Positions 9,123-18,758 of a stretch of DNA of 64,000 bases are shown in pieces. Made by a program: the position numbers and the translations under genes. Numbering within the stretch: position 1 is the first letter of the stretch; every line of letters starts with the position of its first letter. This DNA comes from a virus, in IMG/VR virus record IMGVR_UViG_3300047557_001498, positions 32,001-96,000 of that record; one strand, given 5' to 3'. The notes beneath the pieces were generated by a model. It did no database searches, was not told where the DNA came from, and saw only the letters and a program-made list of their open reading frames with translations.

Positions 9123-9749
9123 TTAAATAATTTTAGAATAAAATTCGTTTTGTTTTTCTTGTTTTTCTATGGTCTTGAAATGCAAAAGTGAAAACTCTTG
9201 TTCTTCCGGAAATGCAGAATATCTTTCAAATCCTTCCAACCTTTCGTGTACTTTATTTTTCCAATTTATATTTTCACTATTTCTATAAATTCTAGTTTGA
9301 TAATCCGGCCAATTTATTCTATCCATATCATCAAGTTTCCATCCCCATTTTTTTATATGTTCATCGGTTATGCCCTCTACAATATTCCACCTTGGTACTA
9401 ATATCATTTCAACATTTTTGTTATCATTCAATATTAGATGTAGATTATCAATTAAAAATTCAGATGGAACTTCATCTGCATCTATATTAAAAATCCATTC
9501 TTTTGAACAATGTGATTTCAAATTATTTTTAAAATCAGAGAAATTATCATTTAGTGGAAATTTTAAATAAATTAGTTTTGAGAACTTATCAATATATTCC
9601 GAAACAACATCTTCTACTTCTGATGTTAGTTTTTCAGAATCGGCCTGAATGACTACCTCATCATCATTTGATATATGTTTTAGCAAATATCCCAATAAAA
9701 GATTTAATTCTTCTGCTTCGTTGCATACTGTTATTGTGTATGAAATCAT
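9123..9749 (-). CDS. Glycosyltransferase family 2
   Basis: ISYTITVCNE, WIFNIDADE, WPDYQTRIY, VHE. Confidence 0.85.
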   Translation of the reverse strand: MISYTITVCNEAEELNLLLGYLLKHISNDDEVVIQADSEKLTSEVEDVVSEYIDKFSKLIYLKFPLNDNFSDFKNNLKSHCSKEWIFNIDADEVPSEFLIDNLHLILNDNKNVEMILVPRWNIVEGITDEHIKKWGWKLDDMDRINWPDYQTRIYRNSENINWKNKVHERLEGFERYSAFPEEQEFSLLHFKTIEKQEKQNEFYSKII

Positions 9750-11044
9750 TAAGAAATCTCCGATGGTTTTTTAATTTTAGGCAAACTTAATGTAAGTCTT
9801 TCTGCAAATTTGGGCAATCGTTCATCTAATATCTTCTTGAAATTAGTGTGCATTTTTTTATATGACCATTTTTCTTTTATCTCAATAATAGACATTTTAG
9901 ATTTTGAATGATGTTTATTGTAGTTTAAGTAGACATCTTTTAATTTTTCAGACGCAACATCATAATCAACAGTAAACCAAGAAGAACCTTCATTTATTAT
10001 AGTATTCCAAACTGCACTTTGGTGAACTCTTTCCAATTTTCCAGGCAACAATATATTATTATTTGGATTGACAAAATCAACGTGGCCACTCCATCCTGAA
10101 ACTATAACTGGTTTGCCTGACCTCATAAACTCAGCAATAGGTCTTCCATATCCTTCTCCTTTTGTAAAAGAAACAAATGCCTTAATCTTATTATGATTGT
10201 ACAAAGTATTCATTTCTTTTTCATTTAAGTCTCCAAACATTAAGTATATTTTTGGCAACTTCTTTGCATCAACCATTTTTTTTATCGAATTTATTTTATT
10301 TTTTAATTCAGTTAAAGCAGTGTTTGAAAACGTACCCATAGAAGTTTTTAGAACAAGTGCAGGTGGATATTTCGTATCTTTGAATGTTTCTAAAAATAAA
10401 TGTATCAATCCAGAAACATCTTTTCTATCTTGACGAAATTCGCCCTTTAACCAATGACCAACAAAAAGAAAACAAAAATCTTCTTTTATTTTTGACATCT
10501 GTTCACTTACAGTTGTTGATTCTCTATTTTCTTTATTAAAAATATCAGTTCTAACCCCCTCATGTAAAATTTCAATAGGTTTTTTTATTTTTACTAAATC
10601 GATTATTTCTCCAGTAGTTTTATCCCTTTTTTCATAGGAAGTTTCAACAAAAACATTCTTTGCATGATGTGATGGAACCAATACCAAGTCCATTCTATTG
10701 CAACCTTCTATCCATTCGGGAGAGCATATATTTGTTTCTATACCAGCAGTTATACCAATATTGTATTTACCCATAGGTGTAAATTCTGATGGTATGGTAC
10801 ATTGAACCCAAATTTCTGGTTTAACAACAATGGGTTCATTTGAAATTCTGGAAATTATATCGATATGTTCTGGATTTGTTTCATCTAATGCATTCATTGG
10901 GGTGTCTCCCCAATTTATAGGAACTATTTTAATTTCAAATCTGTCCATTTCTATAAGTGATGTTACTAAATCTCTTGCATGAGATCCATAACCACTAACA
11001 GTTTCTACTGGTCCACAAAATACTAAATATGGTTTATTACTCAT
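9749..11044 (-). CDS. Glycosyltransferase, GT-B fold (GT4-like)
   Basis: SGYGSHAR, FLFVGHW, RKD, KGEGYGRPIAE, WSGHVDF. Confidence 0.85.
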   Translation of the reverse strand: MSNKPYLVFCGPVETVSGYGSHARDLVTSLIEMDRFEIKIVPINWGDTPMNALDETNPEHIDIISRISNEPIVVKPEIWVQCTIPSEFTPMGKYNIGITAGIETNICSPEWIEGCNRMDLVLVPSHHAKNVFVETSYEKRDKTTGEIIDLVKIKKPIEILHEGVRTDIFNKENRESTTVSEQMSKIKEDFCFLFVGHWLKGEFRQDRKDVSGLIHLFLETFKDTKYPPALVLKTSMGTFSNTALTELKNKINSIKKMVDAKKLPKIYLMFGDLNEKEMNTLYNHNKIKAFVSFTKGEGYGRPIAEFMRSGKPVIVSGWSGHVDFVNPNNNILLPGKLERVHQSAVWNTIINEGSSWFTVDYDVASEKLKDVYLNYNKHHSKSKMSIIEIKEKWSYKKMHTNFKKILDERLPKFAERLTLSLPKIKKPSEIS

Positions 11045-11051
11045 GTTTACC

Positions 11052-12476
11052 TCAAATTAAATGTATTTCAAATTTCTTTCTTTTATTGAAATGTTCAAAT
11101 GTATTATCAATGCTTTTTATCACCCTATTTGACATTTCTTTCCTAGACATACCGACTTTTTCTTCCATAATAAACTCTCTACCTTTAAGACCGGCTTCTT
11201 TTCTCTGTTCTTTTGGTGTAAGATACCACTCATATAAAGCATCACCAATTTCTCGGTAGTCTGCTCTGTCATCAAAGATATACGGTGTTGGTACTGATCC
11301 CTGTAATGATATGTTTGAAGGCCAAACCGGCTTAACCCAACAACCGTGTTTCAACTCTGACCATATGTATTTATCATGCAAGGTATGTATTTTGATATAA
11401 TCATCGGCTGTAAAGTAGTCATTAGTTTCTGGATTTATGAAACCACATTGATCCTGCAATCCACCGGTTACATTTACAACTATTGGTACTCCACAAGAAA
11501 GTGACTCGGCAGTGCCAAGACCAAATCCTTCATTTGAAGCCATGTTTAGAACAACATCTGCCGAATTGTAAAATATATTTAATTGTTCGGGTGTTACAAT
11601 AGAATTGTTAAATAATATATTATATTCATTGCAAAGATTTTCTATAACTGCCATTAAATCCGTTCCATTGTTATCTATCGGAACTGTGTTCATAAACAGA
11701 ATACAATCATTTTTAGCATTACCACCGTTAGCATCTATTTTTTTACACAAATGTTTGTATGCAAGTATAACATCACCTGGATGTTTTCTGTTTATATTTC
11801 TATTATTCCACATGACAACAAATTTGTTTTCATTGTTATCTCTTATTTTTATTCTTTGATCCAAATATGAATCCCATTCCTTATCACCCTCTTTTATTGG
11901 AAAATATACATCGGTGTTTATACCATGTGGAACGTAAGTTATTCTATCGTTAGAAATATCTTGACCGACTTTTTTTAGTATTCTATGGTTTATACCATAA
12001 GTTTGTTTTGAAATTGCCATCAACAAATCACAACTCGAATAAGCATCAGCATTCCACATTGGATCAGTTGGTGTATCTCCTACTAATCCTGATCCATCCC
12101 AAATGTTTAGATACATTAAAGGGATTGTTGTTCTGATTTCATGTTCCATATTATACAACCAACCCCAAAATCTTGGATCTGTAAAATGTAGAATTGCATC
12201 TGGATTTTCTCTATCCATTATTTTTCTCAACATAAAAGGATCACCGTAATTATCATGGCAATATAATTTGACATAACCATCGTTTAATCCCGTAATTGAA
12301 TTACTGTCTTGTGACAAATCCATTACTTTACCTTTATCAGGATGATTTATTGCAGCACCTATCTGAACCCAATCGTATTTGTGTAAAGTGCCCAAAACTA
12401 TATCTCTTGACACAGTTGCTATTCCAGATGTAAGTCTCAAATCGTCTGACAGTAATAATATTTTTTTCTTTGCCAT
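11052..12476 (-). CDS. Glycosyltransferase, GT-B fold (GT4-like)
   Basis: LLLSDD..SGIA, VPHGIN, NRNINRK, NEGFGLGTAESLSCGVPIV. Confidence 0.9.
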   Translation of the reverse strand: MAKKKILLLSDDLRLTSGIATVSRDIVLGTLHKYDWVQIGAAINHPDKGKVMDLSQDSNSITGLNDGYVKLYCHDNYGDPFMLRKIMDRENPDAILHFTDPRFWGWLYNMEHEIRTTIPLMYLNIWDGSGLVGDTPTDPMWNADAYSSCDLLMAISKQTYGINHRILKKVGQDISNDRITYVPHGINTDVYFPIKEGDKEWDSYLDQRIKIRDNNENKFVVMWNNRNINRKHPGDVILAYKHLCKKIDANGGNAKNDCILFMNTVPIDNNGTDLMAVIENLCNEYNILFNNSIVTPEQLNIFYNSADVVLNMASNEGFGLGTAESLSCGVPIVVNVTGGLQDQCGFINPETNDYFTADDYIKIHTLHDKYIWSELKHGCWVKPVWPSNISLQGSVPTPYIFDDRADYREIGDALYEWYLTPKEQRKEAGLKGREFIMEEKVGMSRKEMSNRVIKSIDNTFEHFNKRKKFEIHLI

Positions 12477-12485
12477 GTGAAACCT

Positions 12486-13871
12486 TTATATGTTAAAAAA
12501 CTTTTGTGTTGTAGTTGATGAAACACCGTTCATGTTAATAAGCATTTTACGGTATGGTTTGAATTTGTAACCCATTTGTTCCAATGAAGAATTAAACAAA
12601 TCTTCCGAGTAATCATCTTTATTTCTTTTACCGTTTGAAACTATTGTTTGCATATCACGAACAAAGTTATTAAGTTTATTCATATCTCTTGTTAATCGTA
12701 TCAATCTCAATCTTCGTCTGTTATATTCTTCTTCATCTTGTTCTAATCTTTGAATATCCAATATAAGACTTTTTAATGAATTTTCCAAATCATTTATATC
12801 ATAAGATAAAACTAATTCAGGAAATTCTGTTCCTTTGAACAAATCAATATATGTTTTATCATAAATTGGAATAGTCATCAAGTTCTTTTCTATTTGAGCA
12901 TATTCAAATCTTGGTGTAATGAACATTCCGAAGAACGGCACTTTTGTATTTGTTGTTGATATACTAAATCTACAACCACATAAAAAGTCCATCATACTTT
13001 CCATTGTATATGTTCCTGCAAGTATCATGGGTTTATGGTTATCGAAAACTTTGAATACAGTTGGATCCAAATCAAAGTCTGGAAGAAATGTATCACTAAA
13101 AGTTTTACGAGAAACATTCGAGTGTTCCGCCAATATCTTTACATGATTGAAATAATTTTCGGGTGAATATGTGTTTCCAATGTGAACCAATTTCTTACCA
13201 GACAAGTCTCTCAGTCCCATCTTACCCATTGTTTCTACTATTGGTTTGAAGTTTCCATGGCCTTTAAATTTTGCATAGTAAGCACATTCTGAAATGTATG
13301 GTAATTCTTTTTTATCTAACCATGATTTTTCAATCCACTTGTCATAGATACTCATGTCAATATAACCACCGACTTGAAAAGTATAGTTGGAAGTTCCTCT
13401 CATTCCAATATATTCTTTCAATGCATCCACAAAGAACGGTGTGTATGTCAAATAGTAATCACTATATTTTATGAATGCCGGAACACAAATTGTATTGAAA
13501 TGCATGCCTTCATATGGATATATCTCATGGTCAAAGAATGCAGTTATAGTATTCAACTGACAATACATCTTTGCCAATTCAATCAGTCTTTCTTTATGTT
13601 CTGGTTTTCTTTTTTGAATACCATCAACATCATAGATAAATTTGTTGAGATTCAAAACAACAATATCGTATTGTTCCAACTTATTTTTCAATTTAGTTAT
13701 TTCCATTTCGGAAATATCTAAACAGTTCTGATATTCAGATTTGAAATTGTTTGTTTCGCTTGGGTTAAAATAAAAAGTATCAACACTATCAAGTGATGAT
13801 ATATTTTTGGTAAAGGTATGTATACCCCTATAAACCGAAAGGTCAATTATTGCCAACTGAGCTATTTTCAC
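12486..13871 (-). CDS. T4 DNA alpha-glucosyltransferase-like protein
   Basis: Collinear similarity to T4 AGT recalled by eye: GIHTF~GVTKF, DIVVLN~DILIIN, DHE~HDH, FKGH~WKGF, YTMESMM~YINSEML, RFEYAQIE..TIPIY~SLEYTHLE..TIPVF, YDINDLE~FDENDME. GTG start with AGGTG RBS. Confidence 0.65.
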   Translation of the reverse strand: MKIAQLAIIDLSVYRGIHTFTKNISSLDSVDTFYFNPSETNNFKSEYQNCLDISEMEITKLKNKLEQYDIVVLNLNKFIYDVDGIQKRKPEHKERLIELAKMYCQLNTITAFFDHEIYPYEGMHFNTICVPAFIKYSDYYLTYTPFFVDALKEYIGMRGTSNYTFQVGGYIDMSIYDKWIEKSWLDKKELPYISECAYYAKFKGHGNFKPIVETMGKMGLRDLSGKKLVHIGNTYSPENYFNHVKILAEHSNVSRKTFSDTFLPDFDLDPTVFKVFDNHKPMILAGTYTMESMMDFLCGCRFSISTTNTKVPFFGMFITPRFEYAQIEKNLMTIPIYDKTYIDLFKGTEFPELVLSYDINDLENSLKSLILDIQRLEQDEEEYNRRRLRLIRLTRDMNKLNNFVRDMQTIVSNGKRNKDDYSEDLFNSSLEQMGYKFKPYRKMLINMNGVSSTTTQKFFNI

Positions 13872-13926
13872 GAAACACCTAATTAAATTATCTATAATAA
13901 ATATCAAGTAAATTTACAAAATCGAA

Positions 13927-14652
13927 TCAACTTAAATAAAAATTTAGTGCATAATGGTCTTCGATTTCATTCAAATTATGTCCATGAAAATCGGTATCTT
14001 TTCTAATATACCCTTTATCGCTTCTTCTTTTATCGGCTCTACCTCTATTTTTTTTATCTTGCCATTCATCAAATGTTTTACAAAAATAATGATTTAACTG
14101 TGCGGTATCATAGTTTCCATTTTTATTAAATGGTCCAGTAAATTTTTTATGTTCGGTATTTACTATTGAAATATTGATTGGATTGTGTATATCCATTCTT
14201 ACTCTTTTATCCAATTTAACAATACATTTTATATGAATATTTATGTCAGATTGTCTTCTGGTAAATCTATTTAAAACAGAATAGTCTCCTTCAAATGATA
14301 GTCCACTATCACCAAACAATGCCCAATTTATACCTATTGACTCATAATCTGTATAATCATTTATGAAATTTTTTACGTTTGAATGTTTTTTTAAAACCAA
14401 AAATTCATCAACATCAAAAAATGCAACCCAATCGTATTTATCATAAAAATTTTGTATGAAACGGTTATATGCAGCAACTTGCATATCATCGCCGTCAGCG
14501 GGTATTTTGTATAAATTATCCATTTCAAGATGACATCGCCAATCATTTTCATAAATGAAAATATCATCAAATCCCAATTTGAAATTGTAATTTACCCATT
14601 CTTCTATGTAATTATCTTCATTTTTAGCAATACATACTAATGCAATCTTCAC
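13927..14652 (-). CDS. Glycosyltransferase family 2/92-like
   Basis: KIALVCIAKNEDNYIEEWVNY, WVAFFDVDEFL, LNHYFCKT. Confidence 0.85.
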   Translation of the reverse strand: MKIALVCIAKNEDNYIEEWVNYNFKLGFDDIFIYENDWRCHLEMDNLYKIPADGDDMQVAAYNRFIQNFYDKYDWVAFFDVDEFLVLKKHSNVKNFINDYTDYESIGINWALFGDSGLSFEGDYSVLNRFTRRQSDINIHIKCIVKLDKRVRMDIHNPINISIVNTEHKKFTGPFNKNGNYDTAQLNHYFCKTFDEWQDKKNRGRADKRRSDKGYIRKDTDFHGHNLNEIEDHYALNFYLS

Positions 14653-14667
14653 TATATTTCTCCAGAA

Positions 14668-15579
14668 TTAAAACGGCAATATATTTCTTTTATCATTAGC
14701 ACATAGTTCTTCTTTGTCATTAAACTCACAGTATTTACAATTTGAATAATCACGACCAGCTTCTGCTGGTTGTATAACATCTAAACGATATTCACCTTCT
14801 TCCGTAAAGTTGTGTGTGATAAATTCTGCAATTTCTTTTTTGATATTGTTCTGTGAAACTTTGCCATTAGATGGCTCAAATCTTTGAACCCTTTGTTTCA
14901 TTGCTTCGTATTCAGCATCTTCAATTATTTTACGTCTAAGAATTAAATACTCAATATGTATTTCTTCTGGACTAATATCATATTGTTTTGCATAATATGT
15001 TTTGTAAAGTAATAACTGTGATGTTTTTATTTTATCTGCCTTTGCCCATTTGTTCCAACCATTTGTGCTAGTTTTGAAATCGTATATGTATATTTCACCG
15101 GTCTTTGTATTACGAATCACTAAATCAAGAAATCCAACTAATTTTACTGTTGGGTGAGTTTCAAGTGGAACTATATTTATCGGAACTTCTATACCAACTA
15201 ATTCATAATCTTTCTTTTGGAAAAAGTCTGCACGATGTGCCTTAAACCAATTAAGAATTTGAACACCATCAGAATAATATTCTTTCAATTCTCTATCAGT
15301 TGAAAAGTGTTCATTATTGTTTTCTGTTAGCAATTTCTTATATTGTTCGCGAATTCCTGATTGTAACATTTCATTTACATCAAGTTTATTTGCCTCAACA
15401 ATAGATTTCTCATAGATATTTTTTACATATTCTTGCAATACTTCATGCATTACCGTTCCGAAAAGAGCAGCAGTTGATGGACGGTAACTATAATGTTTAT
15501 CAATGTAATTTAGTTTCCATCTGTGAGGACAGACTTTCCACATTTGATACTGTGAGAAAGATATTTTCCGATTGGACAT
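14668..15579 (-). CDS. PD-(D/E)XK exonuclease (Cas4/RecB-like)
   Basis: ISFSQ..W..CP, FGTVMHE, GFLDLV, YDFKTS, QLLLY, C-terminal CKYCEF...C. Confidence 0.85.
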   Translation of the reverse strand: MSNRKISFSQYQMWKVCPHRWKLNYIDKHYSYRPSTAALFGTVMHEVLQEYVKNIYEKSIVEANKLDVNEMLQSGIREQYKKLLTENNNEHFSTDRELKEYYSDGVQILNWFKAHRADFFQKKDYELVGIEVPINIVPLETHPTVKLVGFLDLVIRNTKTGEIYIYDFKTSTNGWNKWAKADKIKTSQLLLYKTYYAKQYDISPEEIHIEYLILRRKIIEDAEYEAMKQRVQRFEPSNGKVSQNNIKKEIAEFITHNFTEEGEYRLDVIQPAEAGRDYSNCKYCEFNDKEELCANDKRNILPF

Positions 15580-15965
15580 TATTTACCCCACTTGCCAGAC
15601 TGAACAAGTTGTGCAATAATACCATACACTGAAATATCTTTGAATGTATCATCAAGACTTTCGCCAACCGCATCTTGTGATCCAAACATAATCATTTGTT
15701 TGTAACGATTTATTTTATCATTGATACGGAAGAAAAGACCTTGTAAAGAAAGTTTACGGTCTTGTTCTTTTTCAAGTGTGCTACCCATAGATATATTATC
15801 TGGACCATAATTACTTTGTTTTGCACAAAACAATTCATATTGAGTTTGTTGAATACGTTTAAATTCAGCAGTCATAATTGGAAACTTTTCTTCCATTTGT
15901 CTAACAACATCTGATTGTTTTACACCCAAATCTCTTTCTGATATAGACATTTTTATATTCCTCAT
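15579..15965 (-). CDS. Nucleotide modification associated domain 1 (Nmad1/DUF1599-like)
   Basis: KQSNYGPDNI, RINDKINR, ESLDDTFKDISVYGII. Confidence 0.75.
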   Translation of the reverse strand: MRNIKMSISERDLGVKQSDVVRQMEEKFPIMTAEFKRIQQTQYELFCAKQSNYGPDNISMGSTLEKEQDRKLSLQGLFFRINDKINRYKQMIMFGSQDAVGESLDDTFKDISVYGIIAQLVQSGKWGK

Positions 15966-16414
15966 TTTATGGTTTTTAATTGTTTCTCAAATTTTTTAAC
16001 ATCATCTTCTTTTGTTCCGTACATTTTTAGTATTTCAATCAGTTCATCTTGATTTTCTTTTTTTAAGAAAACGATATATGGGTATACTTCATTTCTTCCT
16101 AATTCAAAATGTTTACAGAATATATCAACAAACTCCGGCTCTATCTCAACACGAGTTTTTGATTTAATGTATTTTAAGAATATTGATTGTTTCGGGAGAA
16201 CATCGAGTAAAAGTTTATAGTAATCCCTTGAAGTTAAATCACCATTTGAATATTTTTGAAATTCATTTATCGCTTCAACGAATTGAGACTCCATTGAAAA
16301 GAAACGAGCAATCATATAATTGCTCCAAGATTTTTTATCTTCTTCTGTAAGTTCTTCCCATTTTGTTTTACGGAAAGTTATACCTTTGATGTGATCAAAT
16401 AAACTTTTACCCAT
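15962..16414 (-). CDS. Clamp loader small subunit (gp62-like)
   Basis: SLFDHIKGI, YMIARFFSM, FLKYIK; close to the clamp loader large subunit. Confidence 0.7.
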   Translation of the reverse strand: MGKSLFDHIKGITFRKTKWEELTEEDKKSWSNYMIARFFSMESQFVEAINEFQKYSNGDLTSRDYYKLLLDVLPKQSIFLKYIKSKTRVEIEPEFVDIFCKHFELGRNEVYPYIVFLKKENQDELIEILKMYGTKEDDVKKFEKQLKTIK

Positions 16415-16421
16415 TATATCC

Positions 16422-16691
16422 TCAATCGTTTAACTGTTGTCTTTTTGTTGGCATAAATTCTTCATTGATATTTCCACATTCCAAACAAGCATATGTTGGT
16501 ATTGGAATTATTGCTTCTTGTCCGGTTGGTGAAAGAAGTGCAGATAGTTTCTTAAAAAATGTAACTTCATGGAAAAATTTATTTCCACACTTTGAACATT
16601 CAATATCAGTTGCCTGGTTAATATCAACCGAAACTTGTTGCGGTTGTTGTGGTCTTTGTCCACCACCGTTAATATCATATACGCTCATCAT
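16422..16691 (-). CDS. Zinc-ribbon protein
   Basis: CSKCG ... CLECG. Confidence 0.7.
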   Translation of the reverse strand: MMSVYDINGGGQRPQQPQQVSVDINQATDIECSKCGNKFFHEVTFFKKLSALLSPTGQEAIIPIPTYACLECGNINEEFMPTKRQQLND

Positions 16692-17629
16692 TACCTCCTT
16701 TGGTCAATTTCCATAATAATTTGAATAAACATAGCCATGGCATTTATTTCATGGTCTACAACAAAACTGTCTTTATACTGTGCTTCAGCAATAATTAAAA
16801 TAATTGTAGATACGAAACCATTAGCGTATGTATCAACATTATCATAAAGATAACGAAACATTTGATTAAAGTCTCTAACATGATTGTCAGCAAGTAACTG
16901 ACGAATACCATCGAACTTTTCTTTTTTACTTTTACTTGATTTCAAAACATCAATAATAGATGAAAGATAATTGTGTTCTACCAAAGTTGTTTCATCCAAT
17001 TTCAAAACACCACCGATAACACATCGTTGAGTTGTGTTGATTACACGGCGAATATCTGGATAAGATTGATTGATAATTGTTACAAGATTATCTTTGTCAT
17101 ACTTTACATTTTCACCATCAAGAATTTTTACAAGATGTTGTGCAACTTCTTTCTTTGACGGTGGAACTATATTAAATATCTGACAACGAGACTGAATGGG
17201 ATCAATAATCTTATCTACATAATTACAAGTCAAAATAAAACGAGTTGTCTTACTGAATGTTTCTATTACATTACGAAGTGCCGCCTGGGCATTTGGTGTC
17301 ATGTAATCACACTCGTCAAGTATAATTATTTTTAGTCCACCGAAACCAATCGAAGAAGCAAACTGTTTAATTTTATCACGAACAGTATCTACCGAGTTTT
17401 CATCAGAAGCATTGATATAAATGTAATTATCTTTTGCAATAGTATTTGCAACAATCTTAGCAAGTGTGGTTTTACCACTACCGGCATCACCATAAAGAAG
17501 TAAGTGTGGAACATCACTGGTGTCAATATATTGTTGAAAGGTTGCCTTTACAGTATCGTTACCAACATAAGTGTCAAGTGTCTGTGGACGATACTTTTCA
17601 TTCCAAATTGTGTGTGAGGGGTTAAACAT
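16691..17629 (-). CDS. Clamp loader AAA+ subunit (gp44/RFC-like)
   Basis: WNEKYRP, GDAGSGKTT, INASDE, ILDECD, SRC. Confidence 0.95.
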   Translation of the reverse strand: MFNPSHTIWNEKYRPQTLDTYVGNDTVKATFQQYIDTSDVPHLLLYGDAGSGKTTLAKIVANTIAKDNYIYINASDENSVDTVRDKIKQFASSIGFGGLKIIILDECDYMTPNAQAALRNVIETFSKTTRFILTCNYVDKIIDPIQSRCQIFNIVPPSKKEVAQHLVKILDGENVKYDKDNLVTIINQSYPDIRRVINTTQRCVIGGVLKLDETTLVEHNYLSSIIDVLKSSKSKKEKFDGIRQLLADNHVRDFNQMFRYLYDNVDTYANGFVSTIILIIAEAQYKDSFVVDHEINAMAMFIQIIMEIDQRR

Positions 17630-17660
17630 AACATACCTTAATGTTTGATAAATTCATATT

Positions 17661-17691
17661 GTAATATACTAAATTTATTGATAAGATCAAA
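17661..17691 (-). promoter_or_regulatory. Bacteroidota-type promoter TTTG-N19-TATATTAC
   Basis: Upstream of the clamp loader. Confidence 0.6.
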
Positions 17692-17692
17692 A

Positions 17693-18757
17693 TTATTTTT
17701 GAAAAACAAAGATTGGCTCTCTTTTATATCCTGCACCCATGACGGCAGATAGTATCAGTTGTAGGGTATCGGTATGAGTAAAGCCAACTAAGTTGGCATA
17801 TTTTATAGTCATTTCTTCGAGGTCTTTATACTTTGGTGTGTTGGCTATATTGATTAACATATATCCACCTTTTTTCAATCCATGATAACAGTTCCGAAAT
17901 GTTCCTTGTAAGAAACCAGAACCCCAATCTTCTCTTGTTGGAAACTTATTGTATGACTGTGTTTCTTCATCTGCATATTTCTCTGTATCGAAATATGGCG
18001 GTGAAGTAAAACATAAGTCTAATGTTTCCGCCGCTGGGAGATAGTCCTCTGAACCCATCATGTTTAATTGAATATCCTTACCAAGATACTCAAAGTCATC
18101 ACGAAGTTTACAAAGTCCTTCAAATGTTTTTGTAGATGGTTCTGTTCCGATATAAGTTTTAATGTATGGTGAAGCAAGAGCACCAACCAATCTTCCACCC
18201 CAACCACAAGACATATCCCACATTACACCATCACCACCAAATTTTTTATAGATGACACCGGCTGCTGTTGGTCTGAAATTGGAAACACCTTGAACACCAG
18301 AATATATTTTTAATGATTGACGCAAACGGTTTTCTTGAAAAGAACCACCCCAATGTTTTGATAACCATTTCAAACATTTACGAATAGTCATCTTGAATGT
18401 TTGGTCATTCAAAAAATTATCCATAGGAGACATTTTAGAATTGCCACACTTTACTTCCATTGCATGAGGAAAGTATGACCACGCCAATCGAAGTCCGTTC
18501 ATGGTTTGAATTATATCACCATCTTTGAAAATAGAATCATAATCAAACTGTTGAAGTTTTCTCATGTGTTCATGTTTTTCTTGTTCGGTGATTTTCATAT
18601 ACGGATAACCATGTTTGCGGTAATACTGAAAGATACAGTCTATCGTATCATCCAATTCTCTTTTACCAGCAAAGTATTCACCCGTTTCTTTCCACAGACG
18701 AACTTCTAGCGGATCAACATCAAAAAATTTACCTAAACTTTCACTATCTACTTTCAT
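17693..18757 (-). CDS. Putative DNA amino-methyltransferase (N4C/N6A), paralog 3
   Basis: SNFRP, DMSCGWGGRL (motif I), FTSPPYFDTEKY (motif IV); start MKVDS at 18757. Confidence 0.8.
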   Translation of the reverse strand: MKVDSESLGKFFDVDPLEVRLWKETGEYFAGKRELDDTIDCIFQYYRKHGYPYMKITEQEKHEHMRKLQQFDYDSIFKDGDIIQTMNGLRLAWSYFPHAMEVKCGNSKMSPMDNFLNDQTFKMTIRKCLKWLSKHWGGSFQENRLRQSLKIYSGVQGVSNFRPTAAGVIYKKFGGDGVMWDMSCGWGGRLVGALASPYIKTYIGTEPSTKTFEGLCKLRDDFEYLGKDIQLNMMGSEDYLPAAETLDLCFTSPPYFDTEKYADEETQSYNKFPTREDWGSGFLQGTFRNCYHGLKKGGYMLINIANTPKYKDLEEMTIKYANLVGFTHTDTLQLILSAVMGAGYKREPIFVFQK

Positions 18758-18758
18758 G

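Noticed and set aside
14668-15579. Cas4 as part of a CRISPR-Cas system
   Set aside because: No other cas genes or array; stand-alone Cas4-like exonucleases are common in phage replication modules.
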